From a virus, in IMG/VR virus record IMGVR_UViG_3300030202_002822: a stretch of DNA of 64,000 nt; one strand, 5' to 3'. The translations under genes and the position numbers were made by a program. The notes under the pieces were generated by a model, which had not been told where the DNA came from, did not search any database, and was given only the letters and a program-made list of their open reading frames with translations. This document shows, piece after piece, positions 30,181 to 37,168 of the stretch. Each line of letters opens with the position of its first letter. The first letter of the stretch is position 1.

Positions 30181-31467
30181 TTATTTCACAATTTCAACAT
30201 ACTTGTCATTAAATTTTTCTACACCCAGTTTTGATATGTATAATTTACGTCTATCTGCACAAACAGCTTGTATACTATACGTGTCTTTGACTGTATTATA
30301 TAAATTATCGCTAATCTCTTTAACCAACCCTGGATTTTCAATTAATTTCTTAATATTTTTATACCAATCCTTATGGTTTTTATTAGTAGGTACTAATAGA
30401 GAATTACCTTCCTTGTTTACTGTCAACTCATTAGACTTTTTATTTGTATTTTTTGTATAGTATGATTTTAAATCAATTTGATATGGTCCAAAGTCTTGAG
30501 CAATAATTGCTTTTTTATGGAACCCAGCTTCAATTACTTTTAATTGAGATTTAACCTTATTAAAGGTGTGTTCTTCAATTGGTGCTAGCGATACATCAAA
30601 TAAATTGTAATTACTTGCGTAAGTGCTAATTGGTTTTGTCCAAGCTCTTCTATATGGTTCATTTTGAACATCATGGTATTCTTCATTCTTGAATTTTTTT
30701 AAGAATGTCTTGTATTCATTACTAACTATGTTATAGTCGTCGGTAAAAATTTGTTCATACTTATACCAAACGCTTTCAGTTGGCTTGATTGGGCGTTGGG
30801 TTTGTTGTCCTGTTTTAGAGTCAATCATAGTCATAACACCCCTTAAGTCAAAACCACATACAACAAATTGAACCTTATCTATTAAACCGTCATATTTTAA
30901 CCTACCTACAACACCTTCAAGGATTTCTAAATCTTTTAAATGTGAAGAACCACCAAGCCATCCAATTCTAAGTCTATCAGATTTTTCTGGATTAGGTATG
31001 AATTGTTTTTCATTAGGGTCTATTGCGTTAGGTAATACAAATATATTTGCAGATGTTGACTTTCTAATAGTGTCAGCAAATAATTTTGTAGTGGTTATAA
31101 TGTTTCTAGCACATTTAATATTTGCTTCAATCTTCTTATCCATCCCACTATTCTTAATCATGAGGTATCCTGGATGGTGAGGTCCTGGTGCCCAGTGGTC
31201 ATCAATATCCATGAAACTTGTAATACCTAACCTGTCTAATCTGTTAAGTGTTTCTTCCATTTTTTCATATGGTCCGAATGTTCTGTGGTAATGAACTATA
31301 TCGTATTGCTTGAGCCATTCTTCATCTTCAAATTTTGGTTCGTAGTCTATGTCTACGTGAAACTCATTAGGGTATAACTCCTCTAGTGTTATATGTGGTT
31401 TAGTACTTCTGTAATAACCTACCCCTGTTCTATCTGATGGGCATACAAGTATTTTAATTTTTTTCAT
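30181..31467 (-). CDS. GT-B (GT4-like) glycosyltransferase
   Basis: 'GVGYYRS..PH', 'DIDDHW', 'VLPNAID', 'IGWLGGSSH..DL', 'DVSLAPI...FN.VKSQLK.IEAG'. Confidence 0.85.
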   Translation of the reverse strand: MKKIKILVCPSDRTGVGYYRSTKPHITLEELYPNEFHVDIDYEPKFEDEEWLKQYDIVHYHRTFGPYEKMEETLNRLDRLGITSFMDIDDHWAPGPHHPGYLMIKNSGMDKKIEANIKCARNIITTTKLFADTIRKSTSANIFVLPNAIDPNEKQFIPNPEKSDRLRIGWLGGSSHLKDLEILEGVVGRLKYDGLIDKVQFVVCGFDLRGVMTMIDSKTGQQTQRPIKPTESVWYKYEQIFTDDYNIVSNEYKTFLKKFKNEEYHDVQNEPYRRAWTKPISTYASNYNLFDVSLAPIEEHTFNKVKSQLKVIEAGFHKKAIIAQDFGPYQIDLKSYYTKNTNKKSNELTVNKEGNSLLVPTNKNHKDWYKNIKKLIENPGLVKEISDNLYNTVKDTYSIQAVCADRRKLYISKLGVEKFNDKYVEIVK

Positions 31468-31497
31468 AACTTTTAATTAGTCCTATTATTAAGTCTA

Positions 31498-31526
31498 ATT
31501 ATAGTTAATTATATAATAAATGTAAA
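31498..31526 (-). promoter_or_regulatory. Early sigma70-type promoter for the glycan operon
   Basis: GTTTAC-N17-TATAAT on minus strand (T4 early-promoter consensus). Confidence 0.6.
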
Positions 31527-31528
31527 CA

Positions 31529-31558
31529 ATAAAGGTTCATAATAATTTATGAACCTTT
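31529..31558 (-). terminator. Hairpin/terminator separating the head module from the glycan operon
   Basis: Perfect 13-bp inverted repeat taaaggttcataa-taat-ttatgaaccttta, 25 nt after the stop of 31583..32194. Confidence 0.7.
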
Positions 31559-31582
31559 AATTTATTTAATTATAAAATTATA

Positions 31583-32194
31583 TTACCTTTTTGTTTTGAT
31601 TTTACCCTCTTTGATAAGAGTATTAATTGTTTTTTTAATTACACCTTCAGTTAAATTTTTAGTGTAATCGGCTGCTAGATATTCTACCAACACATCCTTA
31701 ATAATTCCTCTAAGTGATGCTTCACTAACTGTAAATTTATCATTAGTTTGTGACATTACACTTTCACTGATTTTTTGTTGTGGTTGAGTCGTCACTGGTT
31801 GTTGTTTTTTTGGTTCAATTAATTCAGAAACGTCTTCAAGACTAAACGAAGCTGGCATCATTGGATTTGATTGAACAATTGGATTTTTAATCATTGCATC
31901 CTTAATAGCTTGTGGTAGTTTTGAGTTATTAATTGCTGATTCAGTTATTTCTTTTGGTTGTCTAACTGGGTTTCCCATAGCTTGTGGTGCTGGTTGACTT
32001 GTTTGTACTTGTTGATTCATTGGTTGACCACCATGTGGGTTGCTTACGTAACCGCTAGTGTCTTGTGTTATCATTGACGAATCAACGTTACCTGGTGTGT
32101 AAGACCCCTCATTTACGCTGTTCATAACAGCTTTTGCTTTACCTAATATCCCTTGTAATTTGGACATATCTACTGGTTGTGGAATTTCGTTCAT
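31583..32194 (-). CDS. Hypothetical Gln/Pro-rich protein (candidate prohead core/internal protein)
   Basis: Low-complexity Q/P linker; several I/L/V-x-E sites. Confidence 0.5.
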   Translation of the reverse strand: MNEIPQPVDMSKLQGILGKAKAVMNSVNEGSYTPGNVDSSMITQDTSGYVSNPHGGQPMNQQVQTSQPAPQAMGNPVRQPKEITESAINNSKLPQAIKDAMIKNPIVQSNPMMPASFSLEDVSELIEPKKQQPVTTQPQQKISESVMSQTNDKFTVSEASLRGIIKDVLVEYLAADYTKNLTEGVIKKTINTLIKEGKIKTKR

Positions 32195-32198
32195 ATTT

Positions 32199-32663
32199 TT
32201 ATTTGTTAAAGTCTGCTGATGTTATATTACCAGTCATGTTATCATTTCCATCTTTATTATAATCACCTTTACGTCTTCCAGTTTTAGGGTTAATGTCGCC
32301 CTTGTTAAACGAAGGTAAATCACTTATTGCCTTGTTAAATTTCATATTAGTGGGTTTGATGGACCCATCAACTATATTATTAACTAAAAATTGTTTCCAT
32401 CCTGAATTAGTATTACCTTTTTTAGTTTCTGCAGTCTTACCTCCTTTTTGCCAAACACTAATCATCTCGTTACCCTTTTTTGATTTTCCGTGTTGATGTA
32501 TTTGTACGTATCTGTCTGTAACCCCACCCTTTTTATCTCTATACTTAAGCCAGGCCTCATATTTATTCTTAATAATATCCATTATATCTTCCGTGTTACT
32601 TTCGGATAATAAAATGTTTTTTTCTTCTAATATAATAGATTCATATATATTGTAAAGTTTCAT
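32199..32663 (-). CDS. Stand-alone WYL-like domain protein
   Basis: 'II.NK....L.Y.D..G..T.R.V.....G.S..GN......Q...GWK.F....I' follows the WYL layout; N-terminus MKLYNIYESIILEE. Confidence 0.45.
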   Translation of the reverse strand: MKLYNIYESIILEEKNILLSESNTEDIMDIIKNKYEAWLKYRDKKGGVTDRYVQIHQHGKSKKGNEMISVWQKGGKTAETKKGNTNSGWKQFLVNNIVDGSIKPTNMKFNKAISDLPSFNKGDINPKTGRRKGDYNKDGNDNMTGNITSADFNK

Positions 32664-32672
32664 TTGTTTTTT

Positions 32673-33008
32673 TTAAATAATAGATACTTGTCCCTTATTA
32701 AGTGTTGTGTCTGGTGCAGTATAATTACTACTTGGTCCGTAACCCCATTTAGAGGTGTTGTTTGCAAAAGCCGCAAGTCTACCAGACCCAGATATTGCTG
32801 GATTACCATTAATGTCATAATCACCACCACCGTTATAACTATCCATGAATATACCAGTACCTTTACCATATATTGGTGTTTGTGTATCTGACAATGCTCT
32901 ACTGTGTGTAGCGCCATAATTGTTAGCATCAGCTTCGCTATTATAGTTGTTTTTAGCTATAAGTCTTTCTCTTGCTGCTATTGCCGCTTGTTCTAATTTA
33001 TTACTCAT
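32673..33008 (-). CDS. Hypothetical Gly/Asn-rich protein
   Basis: Fits between neighbours without overlap, unlike the alternative-frame ORF 32660..32929. Confidence 0.65.
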   Translation of the reverse strand: MSNKLEQAAIAARERLIAKNNYNSEADANNYGATHSRALSDTQTPIYGKGTGIFMDSYNGGGDYDINGNPAISGSGRLAAFANNTSKWGYGPSSNYTAPDTTLNKGQVSII

Positions 33009-33010
33009 AA

Positions 33011-33478
33011 TTATATTATTTTAGGTTTATCGTTATTATTCATGTACTCTATTAAATATTTCATATTTTGTATTTCTTTCTCATATGACTCATAATATTG
33101 TACTCTGTTGTCTGCTATTTGATTAGAAACTTTTGAGCGTTTACCTCTAACTGTTTTACTAGATGTTTTATCATTAGTTAAGTCAGGGATACCATTTTTT
33201 TCGTGTGTATCTTTATGGGCGTTACCACCTTTATATTTTCCTTGACCACCAGTTGTCTCGATATTTTTCTTTTGTTTGTAAATTTTATCTACACCCTCTT
33301 GGTTTGCACTTTTAAGTTCTTCAAGTTTTTTTTCTTCATCACTTGTAAGTCTTCCTTCTTCTTTCTTTTTTTTAAGTCTAGATATTTCTGTAGTTAAACT
33401 ATTACCATTATAATGTTTACCACCTACATTGTATGTGCTATTATAATGGTCTTTATTGCTTTCGTTAATATTAGACAT
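33011..33478 (-). CDS. Hypothetical highly charged protein
   Basis: Lys/Glu-rich, operon position. Confidence 0.6.
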   Translation of the reverse strand: MSNINESNKDHYNSTYNVGGKHYNGNSLTTEISRLKKKKEEGRLTSDEEKKLEELKSANQEGVDKIYKQKKNIETTGGQGKYKGGNAHKDTHEKNGIPDLTNDKTSSKTVRGKRSKVSNQIADNRVQYYESYEKEIQNMKYLIEYMNNNDKPKII

Positions 33479-33479
33479 C

Positions 33480-34040
33480 TTATAGATTAGGTTTATTATT
33501 TTCTTTTTTATCTAGTTCAATTTTTATTTGGTTAATTACGTCTTGAACCACCTCTGGAGATTCGTTTTTAAGGATTTTTATTAATTCGTTGGTTTTGTTT
33601 TTTAATATTACATCATTACCTTTACTTACAAGTTCTGATGTGTCATTTCTAGAATCCATTAATTCCTTAACCATTCTTCTCATTATATCTTTAGAAGATT
33701 CTGTAATCTCATCAGAATCTTCTTCATCTTCTGAATTAATTGTAGTGTCATTAACATCTAAGTAATTTTCTTCTCCACCATCAACATATAAATTACCTTG
33801 GCGTCCACCATATGGTATCCCCATTTCGCCATAACCAAATATAGCTGAAGGGTTTCTAACTTGACCAATGTGTTGGTCCATTGTTTTTGGTTCTTGCGGA
33901 ACATTAGTGCCTGGTGTTTTCACACTTACTTGACTATGTGTGTTTACCTTATCACCCCCACCACCAATAACGTCTTCTTCTAGTTCTTTAGGTTTCCTTG
34001 GTTTGTATTTTTCTTGAAAAGATTTCTTACTAAATTTCAT
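33480..34040 (-). CDS. Hypothetical protein, first gene of a leftward late unit
   Basis: ATATTTAT motifs upstream; LEE/ITE sites. Confidence 0.6.
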   Translation of the reverse strand: MKFSKKSFQEKYKPRKPKELEEDVIGGGGDKVNTHSQVSVKTPGTNVPQEPKTMDQHIGQVRNPSAIFGYGEMGIPYGGRQGNLYVDGGEENYLDVNDTTINSEDEEDSDEITESSKDIMRRMVKELMDSRNDTSELVSKGNDVILKNKTNELIKILKNESPEVVQDVINQIKIELDKKENNKPNL

Positions 34041-34086
34041 AAATATCCTTTTTATTATAAATATAACGAAAAATGGTAATATTTAT
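34039..34086. promoter_or_regulatory. Divergent pair of candidate late promoters
   Basis: ATATTTAT on minus at 34057-34064 (and 34039-34046) and on plus at 34079-34086, each facing its gene. Confidence 0.6.
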
Positions 34087-34103
34087 AATAAAACATATTA
34101 ACT

Positions 34104-35348
34104 ATGTCATTTAGAACAAAATTAGATTATTCAGACAATAGACAAATAACACAAAGAGAAAGAACATCCACCACTTTAAGTGGTACTACAATTTTTGGTT
34201 TGCCGTTTAGTGGATTAACTTCTGGTGTAGATTCTGACACCGCTATTGTTACTGAAAATAATAATTCGGCGTTTATTTACGCCACTTTTTCTGGAAATAC
34301 CACATCAACTACATTTACTTGGCCAGATGTTAGAATGTCTGTTCTAGATAATAATTTTTCAGCAATAACACCTTCTAATAGTGCTCAAACTCAAAGTAGT
34401 GGAATTGTATTTGGTCAAAATCAAACCACAACTATAGATGGTAATACTGTTGTATTGTCTTATAGTGGTGTATCTATTGATGAGCTTCAAGTTAGTGCTA
34501 TGACTGAGACTACCTCTGGGGTGTACACTGGAACTACATTTGTACCTGTAGGGTTGTTTAACGTTTATAGTGCTAGTTCTTTGGACTACAAAGGTAGGGC
34601 GATATGGATTGACTGCCCTGAGATAACTAGAACTAAAAAGCTTATAGTTACGAATGATGCCACTTTTTCAAATATTGGTTCTAATGCATCAGCTGGTGCA
34701 TTACATTATGATAGTGACGGAGTGTTGACTGTTAATACTTCAGACGCTAGAATGAAATCAAATATTAATACGATTAATAACGCTCTAAATAAGGTTAAGA
34801 ATTTAAGAGGTATTACTTATAATTGGAATTCTGATTTAAGTGGTAATACTAGGGTTGGGTTTGTAGCTCAAGAAGTTAATGATGTTATGCCTGAATTAAC
34901 CTTTGTTAATCAAAAAAATGAAGATAAACTAATGGGTGTTCATTATCAAGATGTTACAGCTCTATTAGTCGAGGCTATTAAAGAATTATCATCTAGCGGT
35001 TCTACCATATTTAGTAAAGATGAGGTTATAATTAATAGTCAAACGGTAGCTTCAGAAGATAATAATATAGAGTTAAATTACAATGGTACTGTAGATTCTG
35101 CTTTAAATGGTGGTATATTTGTAAATAAGGGTATTGACGATACCACTAATTCAGAGTTTATGATAAATTCTGATGGGGATTGGGTTACAAATAATTATAT
35201 TAAACCTTTTGGTTTGTTTGTGCCAGAATATACTCCGACTTCCAGTTTAGATTCAAAAGGTAAGGTTGGTGAGATAGTTAGGGATGACAATTATATTTAT
35301 ATTAAAACAAGTAGTGGTTGGAAAAGGTCTAACTTAGAAACATTTTAA
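34104..35348 (+). CDS. Fibre-type protein with internal peptidase S74 chaperone domain
   Basis: 'SDARMKSNI...L..V..LRG..Y.W......GF.AQEV..V.PEL......V.Y......L.EAIKEL' at residues ~213-297, then ~115 more residues. Confidence 0.85.
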   Translation: MSFRTKLDYSDNRQITQRERTSTTLSGTTIFGLPFSGLTSGVDSDTAIVTENNNSAFIYATFSGNTTSTTFTWPDVRMSVLDNNFSAITPSNSAQTQSSGIVFGQNQTTTIDGNTVVLSYSGVSIDELQVSAMTETTSGVYTGTTFVPVGLFNVYSASSLDYKGRAIWIDCPEITRTKKLIVTNDATFSNIGSNASAGALHYDSDGVLTVNTSDARMKSNINTINNALNKVKNLRGITYNWNSDLSGNTRVGFVAQEVNDVMPELTFVNQKNEDKLMGVHYQDVTALLVEAIKELSSSGSTIFSKDEVIINSQTVASEDNNIELNYNGTVDSALNGGIFVNKGIDDTTNSEFMINSDGDWVTNNYIKPFGLFVPEYTPTSSLDSKGKVGEIVRDDNYIYIKTSSGWKRSNLETF

Positions 35349-35350
35349 CT

Positions 35351-37060
35351 ATGGGTAATTTAAAAAATTTTAACTTTAATAAGGTAGACGCATTTTTAAG
35401 TAACTATCAATATTATGACTATTATTTAGCTATGGATGGATGCGCTTTTCCACCTAGTTCTGGTTCAGTTAGTGGTGATTGTTTTGTTGTTAATTATGAC
35501 TTTAATAATTCAAATATTTATTCAACAGGTACAACCTCTGCAGATACAATATATAGTCTAACAACCTGGACGGGAGCAACTAATGTTGGACACACCTTTA
35601 AAACATTAGGTCTAACTGGTATTGACAACGGTTATATAACATATAGTAAAACTAGTGGTGACACAAGTAATTTATCATTGTTAAATGCATTAACTGGGAG
35701 TACTGTTATTATAACTTCAGGTGATACTAGGCTGAGGCTTAATAGTGTTACAGGTATGACGGGTACTTATGAATATCCGATAGATATACTTTCTGATTCT
35801 ACTGGAAATTATGCTAAATTGTGTGGTGGGTTTTATCAGGGATATTATAAGTTAGATGGTTATGATTATCAAGTATTACCAAATAGAGTAGAAAAAGGTT
35901 GGGTTTCTGATTTTTGGCTTAAAAAGTCTGATTTAAATTGTTCTGGTTATACTGGAACAACACTTAATGATACATACCCAGAGAATAAGGGATTCTTTTT
36001 CTATATGGGTACTAGAGCAGAAAATAAATTCTGGAACATATTTGAAGGATTGAATACTGGGTGTACTAGTGGTTGTACTTCATCTAGTGCTTGCACTGGA
36101 ACTGTCACGACTAATTGTACAGTACCTAAAGAAACTGAAATAGCTATTAGTGGTGATAGTGGTTACCCTATTAGGCTTAGTCCTCCACCGCTTAATATTA
36201 CAGATGTAAGTAATCAATTCTTATTATATGGTAGGGCTGGTGAGAATAGCAGAAAGTGTGGTACTTGTGGTTCTACTAATAAAAAACTGGGTACATTAAC
36301 CGTTTGTGATACAGCTACCACTATAACAGTTACTGGATATACTACTGAAGTAACTAATACTCAAAACCCATTTCTTATATATGGTAGAGGTGGAGAAAGG
36401 GCTCATTGTGGCACATGTGGTGGTTCAAGTGGGTTTGGTCATGAGACAATATGTTCTTTTAGTGGTTTTACATCCCCTTTAGATGAATTGGATAAAGATT
36501 CTGATGTGATAGATAATGCTATCGGATTTAGAATAAAGGATGATGGTAGTATTGGTTACAGGAGCCTTAAGGTTACTGGTTCTTGTGTTGATAGTGTATA
36601 TGTAACTGGTGTAACGATAGAAGAGTCATACTCTACTAGTGGTATGGTGCTAGATAATCAATGGAGTTTTGTTTCTATTAGGTTCTCATTAGATGAGTAT
36701 ATTCCTGAGGGTGAGTTATTATGTGCTAAGCGTAGAAAGGGTAAATTAATGTTTTATGTTGATGGTAGATTAAAACATACTATTTATGATGTTGATGAGT
36801 TTATAGGTAGGAGATTAAACGAATATAAAGATAAGCAATTAGGTGTACCTTTTAATATTAGTGTTGGTGGTGGAAGTCAAGGATTAATTGAGAGCATGAC
36901 TTTTGATGGACAAGACCCAGGTGACTTAGGTCTTAATATTGAAAAGAATTTTGCAGGTACCTTTATTGGTGATATATCACAATTTAAATTATATATATGT
37001 GATTTAGATTGGGGGGATATAAATAATAATTATGACGCTGATAAGAATAGGTATATTTAA
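35351..37060 (+). CDS. Cys-rich structural protein with C-terminal LamG/concanavalin-like domain
   Basis: 'NQWSFVSIRF...LMFYVDG...NISVGGG...F.G.ISQFK.Y...L' LamG pattern. Confidence 0.6.
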   Translation: MGNLKNFNFNKVDAFLSNYQYYDYYLAMDGCAFPPSSGSVSGDCFVVNYDFNNSNIYSTGTTSADTIYSLTTWTGATNVGHTFKTLGLTGIDNGYITYSKTSGDTSNLSLLNALTGSTVIITSGDTRLRLNSVTGMTGTYEYPIDILSDSTGNYAKLCGGFYQGYYKLDGYDYQVLPNRVEKGWVSDFWLKKSDLNCSGYTGTTLNDTYPENKGFFFYMGTRAENKFWNIFEGLNTGCTSGCTSSSACTGTVTTNCTVPKETEIAISGDSGYPIRLSPPPLNITDVSNQFLLYGRAGENSRKCGTCGSTNKKLGTLTVCDTATTITVTGYTTEVTNTQNPFLIYGRGGERAHCGTCGGSSGFGHETICSFSGFTSPLDELDKDSDVIDNAIGFRIKDDGSIGYRSLKVTGSCVDSVYVTGVTIEESYSTSGMVLDNQWSFVSIRFSLDEYIPEGELLCAKRRKGKLMFYVDGRLKHTIYDVDEFIGRRLNEYKDKQLGVPFNISVGGGSQGLIESMTFDGQDPGDLGLNIEKNFAGTFIGDISQFKLYICDLDWGDINNNYDADKNRYI

Positions 37061-37105
37061 ATGTAAAATAAATTACTTTTAATTACCAACTATCTAATTT
37101 ACGGT

Positions 37106-37150
37106 ATATTTATTAAATAAATGATAGCACCAATATAATTGGTCTATCGT
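37106..37150 (+). promoter_or_regulatory. Candidate late promoter plus 5' leader hairpin
   Basis: ATATTTAT 37106-37113; stem-loop atgatagcaccaat-ata-attggtctatcgt 37121-37150. Confidence 0.5.
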
Positions 37151-37168
37151 AGTTAAAAAAAGAAATAG

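Noticed and set aside
10318-31467. Bacterial O-antigen/capsule locus or giant-virus (NCLDV) origin
   Set aside because: Interleaved with phage PhoH, dUTPase and sigma, and flanked by tailed-phage neck, spike and fibre genes; no Wzx/Wzy/Wza.
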